DNA of 64,000 nucleotides from an uncultured Rivularia sp. (GCA_963665115.1 OY762007.1:7360001-7424000); one strand, 5' to 3'. Counted from the stretch's first letter, positions 22,666 to 33,733 are shown. A program made the numbers and translations. The notes: generated by a model not told the origin, from the sequence alone.

Positions 22666-23472
22666 ATGAAGTTAAATTTAGTACGTCCAATGGCATTTAT
22701 TGATTTAGAAACAACAGGAATCGATATTGTTAAAGATAGGATTATACAAATTGCCGTATTAAAAGTATTTCCTGATGGCAACGAAGAAATGAAAACTTGG
22801 GTTATTAATCCTACTATTCCTATTCCTAATGCTTCATCAGAAATACATGGCATTTACGACGAAGATGTAAAAGATAAACCGAATTTTTCAAAAATTGCCG
22901 ATAGTTTAGTAAGCTACATTAATGATAGCGATTTAGCCGGATACAACTCAAATAGATTTGATATTCCTGTATTGATAGCAGAATTTTCGCGTGTTGATAT
23001 CGATTTTAAACTTGAAGGAAGAAGAATTATTGACGTACAAACCATTTTCCATAAAATGGAACCTCGTACTTTGAGAGCAGCTTACAAATATTATTGCGGA
23101 GAGAAATTAGTCGGCGCTCACGACGCAGAAAATGATATTCGCGCTACATATGAAGTATTTAAATCGCAATTAGAACGTTACGAAGATGCCGAATATGAGG
23201 ATAAAGATGGCAATATATCTTATCCCGTAAAAAACAATATGGATGAATTACAAGAATTCGTACCTTTTGATTTTCTCGATCCGACAAAAAGAGTTATTTA
23301 TGACGAACATAACGAAATAATCTTTAATTTTGGTAAATACAAAGGTAAACCTGTTGCTGAATCATTTAAGAAAGAACCAAATTATTACAAGTGGATGATG
23401 GAAAAGGAGTTTTCTGTTTTTACAAAGAAAGCAGTGACTAAAATTTGGGAATCGATGAAAGAAGGAGAGTAG
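22666..23472 (+). CDS. DEDDh 3'-5' exonuclease (DnaQ-like)
   Basis: DLETTG, GYNSNRFD, AHDAENDI, C-terminal FNFGKYKG. Confidence 0.92.
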   Translation: MKLNLVRPMAFIDLETTGIDIVKDRIIQIAVLKVFPDGNEEMKTWVINPTIPIPNASSEIHGIYDEDVKDKPNFSKIADSLVSYINDSDLAGYNSNRFDIPVLIAEFSRVDIDFKLEGRRIIDVQTIFHKMEPRTLRAAYKYYCGEKLVGAHDAENDIRATYEVFKSQLERYEDAEYEDKDGNISYPVKNNMDELQEFVPFDFLDPTKRVIYDEHNEIIFNFGKYKGKPVAESFKKEPNYYKWMMEKEFSVFTKKAVTKIWESMKEGE

Positions 23473-23621
23473 GGAGTAGGGAGTAGAAAGTAGGGAGTAG
23501 TAAGTAGAAAGTAGGGAGTAGGGAATAGGAAAAAAATTTCAATTAGGGAGCGAGACGCTCCCACTACGAACCTTTATTACCTTTGATGATTAATGGGGCG
23601 CAGTACTAATGTTACGCCAGA

Positions 23622-23795
23622 TTATTCAACAGAACTATTAATTAGAGTAGATAAAACATTTTGAGCATGATTCGCACCTCGGGGAATTCCTTCAATCGTA
23701 GCCATCAAGCTAGCCCCTCCTATCAACAGTAAATATTGTTGGGAAAATGATTCTGAATCTTTTACTCCTGCTTGCTCTGCTAGCTGCTTAACGTG
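23622..23795 (-). pseudogene. 3' remnant of a TetR-family regulator
   Basis: HVKQLAEQAGVKDSESFSQQYLLLIGGASLMATIE resembles TetR C-terminal helices; no HTH or proper 5' end. Confidence 0.6.
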
Positions 23796-23798
23796 AAG

Positions 23799-24182
23799 AC
23801 TCCTATTGAGCAACAAGTTATTTATTTAACTGCAAATTATGAAAACTCGTGTAATTACTGTATGGCAGCCCATTCGGGATTAGCCAAAATGATTGGAATG
23901 TCTGATAAAGATATCGAAGCGCTGAGAAATGGAACGCCGATGTCCGATAAAAAGCTACAAGCGCTACGTCACTTTACGCAGAAAATGGTGCGGGAACGTG
24001 GTTGGGTTGAAGATAGTGAAATCGAAGTATTTATGGCTGCTGGATATAGCAAACAGCAGGTACTAGAAGTAATTTTGGGTATTGCCATTAAGGTAATGCA
24101 CAATTACACGAACCATATTGCTAAAACTCCTCTAGATAAGCAATTTAACAAAAATGTTTGGTCAAAGCCGAGTGCAAATTGA
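23799..24182 (+). pseudogene. 5'-truncated carboxymuconolactone decarboxylase/AhpD-like gene
   Basis: TPIEQQVIYLTANYENSCNYCMAAH (CxYC..H), NYTNH; the usual N-terminal part is missing. Confidence 0.75.
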
Positions 24183-24210
24183 TGGTTTGATTTATGAGTT
24201 GAAATTAAAA

Positions 24211-26043
24211 TCACCGAGAACCTGTAGAAGGTGGTATTTTCTCAATACTAATCAACGACTCCATTACCTTTTTTGCAATGGGTGCTGCAACGGTACTACC
24301 GTAAGTATTTTCTCCTTGGGGTTCGTCTACCAATGCCAAAACTACATAGCGAGGTGTTTCTACTGGCAAAATACTCACAAAGCTAGTAATTCTTGAATCC
24401 GGATCGTAACCACCACTCGAACTAGCTTTTTCTGCTGTACCAGTTTTGCCTGCAATCCGATATCCAGGAATTTGCGCGGCTTTACCCGAACCCTTATCAA
24501 CCACGCTTTCCATCATTTGGATTACGGTTTGAGTTGTGGTTGGCGAAAAAATTTGGCGGGGTGCTGGTAACTCTTGCTCTTCGTGGATTTGCTCTTTATC
24601 ATCTATCAGCCCCTTCACTACATGGGGAGTCACCAATCTACCACCATTAGCTAATGCTCCATGCATTTGAATTAATTGTAATGGTGTTAGCGAAAAACCT
24701 TGACCGAAGGAAGCTGCTGCTGGTTCAATTGGCGAATTAGTAAATTCTTCCTGGGGTTTAAGACGACTGCTGGTTTCAAATGGTAAATCTGTCTCAGATT
24801 TCTGCCTCAATCCCAATCTTTCTAACCAACCGTAGTAAATACTTGGCTGCATTCGCTGGATGATTTTGACCATACCAATGTTGCTGGAAGTTTGCAGAAT
24901 TCGAGCAACATTGATTCTTCCATTCGCGTTTTTCTCTGCATTTCTAATTTCACGGTCTGCTACTTTGATTAATCCCGTATCATTAAACACGTCGTTCGGC
25001 CGAATACTGCCAGTTTCTAAAGCGATCGCCACATTTAACGGTTTGAAGGTTGAACCGGGTTCGTATAAGTCAGCTACAGCCCAATTTCTAAAAAGAGCAT
25101 AATCCTCTTTAGTAAATTTTTGATTGGGGTTGTAAGTCGGCGAACAAGCCAGAGCCAGGATAGAACCATCCCAAGCATCCATGACTATTACCGCTCCGCG
25201 CTTAGCTTTAAATTTTTCTATTTGTTGGGTGAGTGCCAATCTCGAAGCCCGTTGCAAACGACTATCAATAGTCAACTGCATCCGCAATTTATCAAAATTC
25301 AGAAATCCATCTGGCGCATGATCTGGCATCAATGCACCATTTCCCGCTCTTGACAAACGCACCGTTTTCATGGAACGTTCGAGCAACTTCTCCTGAGAAT
25401 ATTCTATTCCTGCTTTACCGCGACGATCTGAATTTACAAAACCAACTATATCAGCTACCAAACTATCAGAAGGGTAATATCGAGAGAATTTTTTCCTTAA
25501 ATCTATACCGTTAAGTTTCAACGCACTAATTTGGTCTGCAACTTCTTCTTGTAGTTTAGAAGAAATAAAAATACCGCTTTTTTGTTTATTAAATTTTGCT
25601 TCTAATTCGTCAGCATCAGTATTCAGAATAGTTCCAAGCTTGCGTGCAATCTCAGATTTAGACTTACCTTCGTCAAACATCTTCGGATGTACGTACAAGG
25701 TGTAAATCGGAAGGTCAATTGCTACAACCCTTTTATTGCGGTCTACTATTTGGCGACGAGGAATAAAAGGACGCATACTAAACATCTGCTGGTTTCGCGC
25801 CTTTTTGGTTAATTTGGCACCATCAATAATTTGTAAACGGTATAAATTTATTCCTAACCCCAAGCAAGCAGCCATTAATATACCCCAAACTATAAATAAT
25901 CGCTTTTTCGGGTTAGGTGAAAGCTGCGAGGATTTTGCTGCAAATTTTCGCTTATTTCTAGTCCTTGGAATATCGCGATTCAAACGCGACTGTGTATAAT
26001 CCTTTTTAGAAATTTTACTGGTTTTACCTGGAAACTTCTGCAT
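24211..26043 (-). CDS. ftsI: Class B penicillin-binding protein (FtsI-like)
   Basis: EPGSTFK (SxxK), SSN, KTGT; TM anchor. Start MQKFP at 26043 has an AGGAG RBS. Confidence 0.9.
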   Translation of the reverse strand: MQKFPGKTSKISKKDYTQSRLNRDIPRTRNKRKFAAKSSQLSPNPKKRLFIVWGILMAACLGLGINLYRLQIIDGAKLTKKARNQQMFSMRPFIPRRQIVDRNKRVVAIDLPIYTLYVHPKMFDEGKSKSEIARKLGTILNTDADELEAKFNKQKSGIFISSKLQEEVADQISALKLNGIDLRKKFSRYYPSDSLVADIVGFVNSDRRGKAGIEYSQEKLLERSMKTVRLSRAGNGALMPDHAPDGFLNFDKLRMQLTIDSRLQRASRLALTQQIEKFKAKRGAVIVMDAWDGSILALACSPTYNPNQKFTKEDYALFRNWAVADLYEPGSTFKPLNVAIALETGSIRPNDVFNDTGLIKVADREIRNAEKNANGRINVARILQTSSNIGMVKIIQRMQPSIYYGWLERLGLRQKSETDLPFETSSRLKPQEEFTNSPIEPAAASFGQGFSLTPLQLIQMHGALANGGRLVTPHVVKGLIDDKEQIHEEQELPAPRQIFSPTTTQTVIQMMESVVDKGSGKAAQIPGYRIAGKTGTAEKASSSGGYDPDSRITSFVSILPVETPRYVVLALVDEPQGENTYGSTVAAPIAKKVMESLISIEKIPPSTGSR

Positions 26044-26371
26044 ACATCGCTGCTCCTTCGTAGAGTCTTGAGGAAAACTTGCGCCGATCCCCTTTTTATA
26101 ATTTTGGATTTTGCGGAAAGTTGAGCCTTCATAAGGTGCGCGGGTTCCCCGCGTTGAGAGAAGTGGCATTGGGGCGTAGATTTTCTTCCCCTTAAACTTT
26201 CCCGCGACAGATTTTAGATTTTTCTGTTCCTTGAACCAAAATTGAAATTTTAAAATTAATCGGGTCAAATTTACCCGTTCTGCTACTTAACGGTATTCTG
26301 TTTTAACACCCAAATTGAAAAAGTGTATTTGAATTGAAAACGGGGAAAAGATTGATTGAAGATTGCCGATT

Positions 26372-27037
26372 TTAATATCCCACTGCATTTGAAGGTTGCG
26401 ATTGCGATTTATTAGACTCTTTATCAACCTCTCGGGAGCTTGATGGTGCAGTTTCTTCCAAAAAAATAGTGTTTGCTGGAGTCGGCGATACTAATCCTGA
26501 ATGTGGTTTTTCAGCTTCTTGCGCCATTCTATTTTTAAGCGCCTCATCATGCTTTGTTAGCTGACGTTCATCCCGTTGCAATTCCTGCAACTTTTGATAC
26601 GAGCTACTCCAAAGATGCTGAGAGTATACCGTCCAACCATAAACTACTAACGTTGCACTCACTAATAAAAAAGTTATCGCCGCACTGTGTCGGTGAAGCG
26701 AGTTCCAGCGCATTAACCATAGGGGCACTTTGCTGCCATCTGGCATTACAGGAATTGCTTTGCGATCGCGCAGACTAGAATTTTGATTATTTACACGCTG
26801 GGGTTTGACTTTTCCCGGTTGTGGTGTACTTGAAGCAATGCTCGAACTATTCTTTGACCAAAAAGAAGGAGTTGAACGTCTTCTTTTACTTAATAATTCC
26901 TGTTGGGATTTTGGTAAGGGTGTAAGGCTGGTATGTTCCGGCGCTCTATAACTCCTGAAACTGGTTTCTTGACGAGTAGAATCTCGCCCTAACCACCGTT
27001 TTTTCCCTCTTAGATTTGATTTACGAATAGCAGCCAT
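26372..27037 (-). CDS. FtsL-like cell division protein (single TM plus coiled coil)
   Basis: Basic disordered N-terminus, TM helix, coiled coil; directly upstream of ftsI. Confidence 0.6.
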   Translation of the reverse strand: MAAIRKSNLRGKKRWLGRDSTRQETSFRSYRAPEHTSLTPLPKSQQELLSKRRRSTPSFWSKNSSSIASSTPQPGKVKPQRVNNQNSSLRDRKAIPVMPDGSKVPLWLMRWNSLHRHSAAITFLLVSATLVVYGWTVYSQHLWSSSYQKLQELQRDERQLTKHDEALKNRMAQEAEKPHSGLVSPTPANTIFLEETAPSSSREVDKESNKSQSQPSNAVGY

Positions 27038-27526
27038 AAGTTTTTACATTAGAAATACTGTACTTTAGATAGAGAGCAAATATTAACACAATATCCGTAA
27101 TATTTTTTACAAATTATTGACTTCGTATGTGGCTCTCCTTTCTAAACTATTTGTAAAAATAGCTTTAGTTAGCTTGAATATTAAGACCGCTATAATTCCA
27201 CAATTAGTTCGCCGCATCATAGCATCAAAAGTATGAGAATATGTATCGCCAAGAGACATAGTGCTTCGGCTGCATCATAATTTCTGGTATGATAGCCTGT
27301 TTTGTAGTCAGAATAACCCGCATCAGTTGGGAAGTAATAAATTTACAATCGTTTAACGCTTGTATTAACTATAGAAACGGCTAACGTAAGTAATGGTCAG
27401 TATAAAAATGAATAATTTATTCTACAAAAACTAATCAAAACTACAATATTTAAAAAAATCATCAAATAAGGTATCGTATTCAACAGGCTAAAAATAGTTC
27501 TTGACTAAATTGGTGAAAGAGGAGTT

Positions 27527-27685
27527 ATGAAAATTAAAATCTTTGGTTTTGCTTTATTGTTGGGTTTGGCTACAACTCTTGGAGCTTGCGAAAGCGCTGA
27601 AGAAACACCTGTAGACACAACTGCACCTGCTGGAGAACCTGCTGATGGTGGTGCTGTTACCCCCGAACCAACCCCTACCCCATAG
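27527..27685 (+). CDS. Small 52 aa lipoprotein (below the ORF-track cutoff)
   Basis: RBS AGAGGAG; MKIKIFGFALLLGLATTLGA-C lipobox; acidic Pro/Thr-rich tail; TAG at 27683-27685. Confidence 0.85.
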   Translation: MKIKIFGFALLLGLATTLGACESAEETPVDTTAPAGEPADGGAVTPEPTPTP

Positions 27686-28102
27686 TTGACAGTAAGTACT
27701 TGGATTGCTGCCGCTATTTTTTGTAGGTCGCTCCTGATTTTCTTTTGCTTTACTACCTAAAAGTAAGAAGAAAGTTAGCTGTTGCTCCGAGCAATTCGAC
27801 AATAATGTATCGTGCTTTGGGACTAATGTTTTTCTATTCCCTTCGTAAGCTTCGATTCAAAAAGTAGACCTGGTAATGATTATCAAGATTGCCAGGTTTT
27901 TATGTTTGTCCCGATCGAGTTGTAGAATTTTAATGGTTATTTATCAACAAGACTTTAAACTCGCTCGTTGTCGTGTTGATAAAAAAAATAAGAGTTTACT
28001 CTATGGTTATGGTTGGAGATAAAAAGCTGTACAATAAAATCTCTAAATTTGAAATTATTTTTTAGTATTTTTGAACTAAGTAGATAGATAAAATCATAAA
28101 TA

Positions 28103-28438
28103 ATGAGGATAAAAAAAGGTCAAAAAGCAGTCTTATTAATACTTTTAACTGCGATATCACTTATTTTATTACAATTAACCGCATACCATAAAACGTTTGT
28201 AATTGCATTACCCCCAAGTATTGATATTCCAGAAGAAATATTGCGAACAGAAATTATTTTAGAAGCGCGATCGCCAATTGACGGTCAACCTCTGAGTGCC
28301 GCAGAATATGCTCAGTTACAGGCTCAAATAAAAACACGTCCTTATCCCCCAAAACTCAGCCCCAATGTCCGGGAAACAGTATTCCTGCTACGCTTACGTA
28401 AGATATTGAAAACACTTTTCCCATTTGTGAAATTTTAA
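28103..28438 (+). CDS. Conserved cyanobacterial hypothetical protein
   Basis: DIPEEILRTEIILEARSPIDGQPLSAAEYA block after an N-terminal hydrophobic helix. Confidence 0.75.
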   Translation: MRIKKGQKAVLLILLTAISLILLQLTAYHKTFVIALPPSIDIPEEILRTEIILEARSPIDGQPLSAAEYAQLQAQIKTRPYPPKLSPNVRETVFLLRLRKILKTLFPFVKF

Positions 28439-28629
28439 GATCGGGTATTGGGCATAGCTTAAAGGTTAAAGGTCAAAGGTAAGTTAAATTCTTAACTCCT
28501 AACTCCTAACTCCAATCTTTCTTCCTCTAGGGGCGGGCAAAGATTACTAATAAATGTAAAGAATATATATAGAAATACAAAAAGAAAGTAGATTCTCTCT
28601 CATCCATAATATCTAACATAATCAGCTTC

Positions 28630-30925
28630 ATGTCTATGACCACTATTGCCCCAGAACAGGTTAACAGCATCATTGGGAACCAACATCACGATCCTTTTGA
28701 GATACTCGGTTCCCATCAAATAGAAAAGGAAGGCCGGATGGTCTGGGTTGTGCGAGCTTATCTGCCCACTGCGAGTGCTGCATGGGTAGTTCTTCCGGAG
28801 GAACGGAAGGAAAAAGAAATGCAAAGCGTACATGACCCCCACTTTTTTGAATGTACGATAGATACTGAAGAATTAAATAACTATCAACTCAAGATTAAGG
28901 AAGAAGGCCAAGAGCGGGTATTTTATGATGCTTATGCTTTCCATTCTCCCAAGCTGACGGAATTCGATTTACACCTGTTTAATGAGGGAAATCATCACAG
29001 AATTTACGAAAAATTAGGAGCGCATTTTACTGAGATTAAAGGTGTAAAAGGTGTTTACTTTGCGGTTTGGGCACCGAATGCACGTAATGTGTCCGTGTTG
29101 GGAGATTTTAATAGTTGGGATGGGCGCAAGCATCAGATGCGTAGAGGTTCCACTGGAGTTTGGGAGCTATTTATTCCTGGATTAGAAGTAGGAGAACATT
29201 ACAAATACGAAATCAAAAACTCCACAGGACATATTTACGAAAAATCCGATCCCTACGGTTTTGCTCAGGAAGTTCGTCCTAAAACTGCCTCTATTGTCAC
29301 TGACTTAGACAGTTATAAATGGAATGACAGCGAATGGATGGACAAACGCCGTCATGCCGATCCATTGAACCAGCCTGTTTCAGTTTACGAAGTACATTTG
29401 GGTTCTTGGCTGCACGCGGGTACTGACGAACCGTCTAAATTCCCAGACGGTAGTTTAGAGCCAATAGTAAAGGTTTCGGAACTAAAACCTGGGGCACGTT
29501 TTCTAACTTATCGAGAATTAGCAGCAAAACTGATTCCTTATGTTAAAGAATTGGGATATACCCATATTGAAATTCTCCCAGTTGCCGAACACCCTTTTGA
29601 TGGTTCTTGGGGATATCAAGTAACAGGTTATTACGCTCCTACCTCCCGTTTTGGTAGTCCCGAAGACTTTATGTACTTTGTGGATGAATGCCATAAAAAC
29701 GACATCGGTATACTTGTAGACTGGGTTCCCGGTCACTTTCCTAAAGATGGGCATGGTTTAGCCTTCTTCGACGGCACGCATCTTTACGAACACGCAGATC
29801 CCCGTAAAGGCGAACACAAAGAGTGGGGAACTCTGGTGTTTAATTATTCGCGTCATGAAGTGCGTAATTTCCTGAGTGCGAATGCTTTATTCTGGTTTGA
29901 TAAATATCATATTGATGGCATTCGCGTTGATGCGGTAGCTTCAATGCTTTATCTTGATTATTGCCGCGAACCTGGCACATGGGTTACAAATCAATATGGC
30001 GGTAGAGAAAACTTAGAAGCCGCAGAATTTATCCGACAAACAAATCACCTCATCTTCAGTTATTTCCCTGGTTCTCTTTCCATTGCCGAAGAATCGACTT
30101 CATGGCCGATGGTATCATGGCCTACATATACCGGCGGATTGGGCTTTAACCTGAAGTGGAACATGGGTTGGATGCATGATATGCTCGATTATTTCAGCAT
30201 GGACCCCTTGGTTCCGTCAGTTTCATCAAAACAATCTGACTTTTAGTATGTGGTACAACCACAGCGAAAACTTCATGTTGGCGCTCTCCCATGACGAAGT
30301 AGTGCATGGCAAGAGTAATATTATCGGTAAGATGCCCGGAGATAGATGGCAAAAGTTCGGAAATACGCGTTGTTTGTTTGCCTATATGTTCGCTCATCCC
30401 GGCAAGAAAACCATGTTTATGAGCATGGAATTTGGGCAGTGGAGCGAATGGAATGCTTGGGCAGATTTAGAGTGGAGCTTGATGCAGTTTGAGCCACATC
30501 AACAGCTAAAAGTATTCTTCCAAGATTTAAACAAACTTTACCGTAACGAACCCGCTTTATATACTCAAGATTTTGAAGAACAGGGGTTTCAATGGATTGA
30601 CTGTAGCGACAACCGTCACAGCGTAGTTTCATTTATCCGTCGCGATAAAGATTCAGATGGTTTTGTCGTTGCTGTTTGTAATTTCACTCCACAACCTCAT
30701 TCTCATTATCGTATTGGCGTACCGGAACCCGGATTTTATACCGAATTATTCAATAGCGATGCCCGAGAATATGGCGGTAGCAACATGGGTAATTTAGGCG
30801 GTAAATGGACTGATAGCTGGTCAATGCACAATCAAGAACACTCCTTGGATTTATGTCTACCACCTTTAGGAGTATTAGTTTTGAAATTGGATAAAGATAA
30901 AACTGCTAAGGTGATGGAACAATAA
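28630..30925 (+). CDS. glgB: 1,4-alpha-glucan branching enzyme; apparent +1 frameshift at 30204-30207
   Basis: [54 protein letters not shown] is in the next frame. Removing one C gives SMDPWFRQ. Confidence 0.96.
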
Positions 30926-30975
30926 TTTAGGGAACAGTTAACAGTGAGTAGTGAGTAGTGATTAGTTGTAGTTAA

Positions 30976-31035
30976 CAGCCCGACGGGGAATGCAATTCCC
31001 CGTCTAATAGCTAAAGTCCTATAAATAGGACTGAA
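30976..31035. repeat. Double-hairpin dispersed repeat
   Basis: gacggggaat-gca-attccccgtc then agtcctat-aa-ataggact. Confidence 0.7.
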
Positions 31036-31106
31036 ATACGACTCATCTGTGATTAATTAAGCACCACTACTAGAAAAATCAAAAACTGTTCACTGTTCGC
31101 TGATAA

Positions 31107-32635
31107 TATTATGTCCGGTAAATTAGATACGATATGCCATTGCGGATGGAAAAAAGTGAAACGAAGCAATCGCAACATCTTGCGTTATGAAGCGTGTCCG
31201 AAGAACATAGTAGATAGGACATATACTTCACTCCGCTTTCACCCGTTTTCCAATTCTAAGAAAATACTAAGCTAAAAAATATCGCAGGCAATACGGAAAC
31301 CCCTGCTGCTGGCGCTTTCACCGCGAACGCCTGCGAAACGGTTAGCTGAGCGGCAGGTGTAAGGATTATGCCTCCGTGAGCCGCCGCGCAGAATTCTGGA
31401 ATCATAAAGGCTTCGCATAGCATTATGATGCCGATGATAGTAATTAATATAATAATCATTATTATCAATCCATGCAGTGCCGTCTGTAGGCGCTCCGTTA
31501 TAATTCTCATGCCAGCTATCTTGGCACCATTCCAAAACATTTCCATGCATATCGTATAATCCAAACACATTAGGTGGAAATAATCCGACTGGTGTGTTTT
31601 TTTCACGATATTCTCCAAGAGGCTCATCTGCATAGGAATTAGTTGCTTTATAATTAGCTAAATCGCTGGTAATTGTTTCCCCGTAATAGAATGGTGTAGT
31701 AGTTCTAGCTCTGCAAGCGTATTCCCATTCAGCTTCACTAGGCAATCTATACTCTTTTCCTGTGGCTCTTAATAATCTGGTGCAAAATTCTACTGCATCG
31801 TACCAGGAAACTTTGTCTACGGGATTATTATATCCTTTGAAATAAGAAGGGTCTGGATCTAAATCTTGCTCGATTTTTGGTAACTTAGCTACAGCTTTCC
31901 ACTGTGCTTGAGTAACCGTAAATTTTCCTATGTAGAAAGGTTTCACTGAAACCTGATGTTGTGGTTGTGATTTATCTCGCACGATACCATCAAGTTTTTC
32001 TGCTTCCGGAGTACCCATTATAAAAGTCCCTCCAGGAATCGCAGCCATTTCCAAATTAATTCTATTACCCAAATCTTCAACAAAATATTTTGCGAAACGC
32101 TGTTGACGTTGAGTTATTTCACCACGACGGTTAACTGTGACTACCTCAATTGGCTCATATTTCAAACCTTGAGGATTTAAACCCTGTAATACTCGTTTAA
32201 CTTTTTGTTCCGATAAGGGAGCTAATAAGTAATAAGCTTGAATTTGAACTTCTGCTGATTTATCTTCCAAAGCTTTGAGAACCAAATCCAAACCCGCTTC
32301 TCCATAATTTAATGCTTGATGAAGCGCTGTAATCCTCACTTGTGCATTTGAATTACTCAATCGCAGCTTTGCTCCTTCAATACCACCAAGTACTGCTGCA
32401 CCTTCGGATGGTGGACTTTGACCTCCGAGTACTGCATCGTAGGCTTTTGGCTGTTGATTTTCTGACATCTGCTTTTTCGGGAAATTTTTATTATCTATTG
32501 TTCCCCGTCAGGGTCGAAAATATAAAAGTTCTTTTCTACCTCCTCTATCACATTTCCCCATCCTCTTTTCCTCTTCCCCAAAAAATTCTACCGGATAATT
32601 TTCTCCCTTGAAAAAGCGATTATCCGGACATGATA
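31107..32635. mobile_element. Non-autonomous TIR-bounded cassette with a putative TAA target-site duplication
   Basis: Left end tattatgtccggtaaat; right end reverse complement tatcatgtccggataat; TAA at 31104-31106 and 32636-32638. The empty site rebuilds an uninterrupted heptamer array. Confidence 0.65.
31272..32468 (-). CDS. FGE-sulfatase/C-type-lectin-fold protein with N-terminal HEAT-like domain
   Basis: IPGGTFIMG, VTQAQW, YRLPSEAEWEYACRA, GLYDMHGNVLEWC, RGGS...CRSANR...GFRIAC. Confidence 0.92.
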   Translation of the reverse strand: MSENQQPKAYDAVLGGQSPPSEGAAVLGGIEGAKLRLSNSNAQVRITALHQALNYGEAGLDLVLKALEDKSAEVQIQAYYLLAPLSEQKVKRVLQGLNPQGLKYEPIEVVTVNRRGEITQRQQRFAKYFVEDLGNRINLEMAAIPGGTFIMGTPEAEKLDGIVRDKSQPQHQVSVKPFYIGKFTVTQAQWKAVAKLPKIEQDLDPDPSYFKGYNNPVDKVSWYDAVEFCTRLLRATGKEYRLPSEAEWEYACRARTTTPFYYGETITSDLANYKATNSYADEPLGEYREKNTPVGLFPPNVFGLYDMHGNVLEWCQDSWHENYNGAPTDGTAWIDNNDYYINYYHRHHNAMRSLYDSRILRGGSRRHNPYTCRSANRFAGVRGESASSRGFRIACDIF

Positions 32636-32649
32636 TAACTGCTCACTGC

Positions 32650-33733
32650 TCACTGATAACTGATAACTGTTTTCGCGATCGCTTCATTTCCATCAATCGC
32701 AATGGGTTCTTTGCAAAGCGGTGCTTCTAATGGTTGCTTGAGAAATTCCCAGGAACTTTCAAATAATTCCGCAGGAGTAAGAATTTGATGATAGTTGTAA
32801 TCGGATATTCCTTTTATCAGATAAGCTGCTTCTGCAAAATTGTCTCTGGTAACTGAAACAATCGGCACACCTAATTTAGTAGCTTCAGCAAAAGTACCGA
32901 AGCCTGGTTTAGAAACAACTCTTCCGCAAATTGGCATAAAATCAACGGGACGGGTTTTTACATCTTGGATTTTGATTAAGTTTGGTAAATCTGGTGCCGA
33001 TTTATCGAAGGTAATGAATTGCCAATCTGGATATTTTTGTAGGTTATCGTAGGGTATTTGTTGTAAACCCAACCCGCCAAAGGTAAGCAGTATGGTTTTT
33101 TCGCGAGGTGTGTTTATTTCATACTTGGATTTGATTTCGTCGGCATCAATAAAAGGATAGCCACCAGTTAAACCGACATCGGTAATATTTTTGATATTAT
33201 CGAATGCCTGCATCGGTTCGTGGAAAGGAAGTTTAAAAAGGCGATCGCACTTGGAGTAGCATTCGCCAATCCAATCGGCAACGTCAACAAAATTACCACC
33301 CCAATTTCGGTAAATAAAATCCCAACCAAAATTACTAATCATCCAACAAGGAATATTAGCAGCTTTACCAATTTCTGCGGCTAAGAAAGGAATATCTGCC
33401 AAAATCAAATCAACGCGATTTTGACGAATAAAATCAACTTCCGAAGCGATAATAGAAGCTTGATTTTTCTTAATTTCTAATAATTTTTCTAAAGTAGCCG
33501 ATTTATCCATCTTAAAACTATCAGCTTGCACCACCCCCAAATCGTAAGCACGGGGGACGATGAATAAAATCACCTCTGATATAACATTCCAACAACCAAC
33601 GCGGTGCAGTTGTCACCATAATCAACAACGCTTCCGGACACAAATCCTGAATAGTCGCCGCCACCGCAGCAGTGCGAGTTGCGTGTCCGAAACCATGATT
33701 AGTAATCGCAATATATATAATAGGACGTTTCAT
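32650..33733 (-). CDS. GT-B fold glycosyltransferase-like protein; apparent +1 frameshift at 33552-33556
   Basis: MKRPIIYIAITNHGFGHATR joins PRAYDLG...SNFGWD...SKPGFGT when one G is removed. Confidence 0.85.

Noticed and set aside
26044..26268. N-terminal extension of ftsI in the ORF track
   Set aside because: The ATG at 26043 has a clear RBS; the upstream TTG start is probably spurious.
27554..27802. 82 aa minus-strand ORF
   Set aside because: Antisense to the better-supported lipoprotein at 27527-27685.
31107..32635. A complete DGR in this window
   Set aside because: No reverse transcriptase, Avd or AAC-rich template repeat found by eye.
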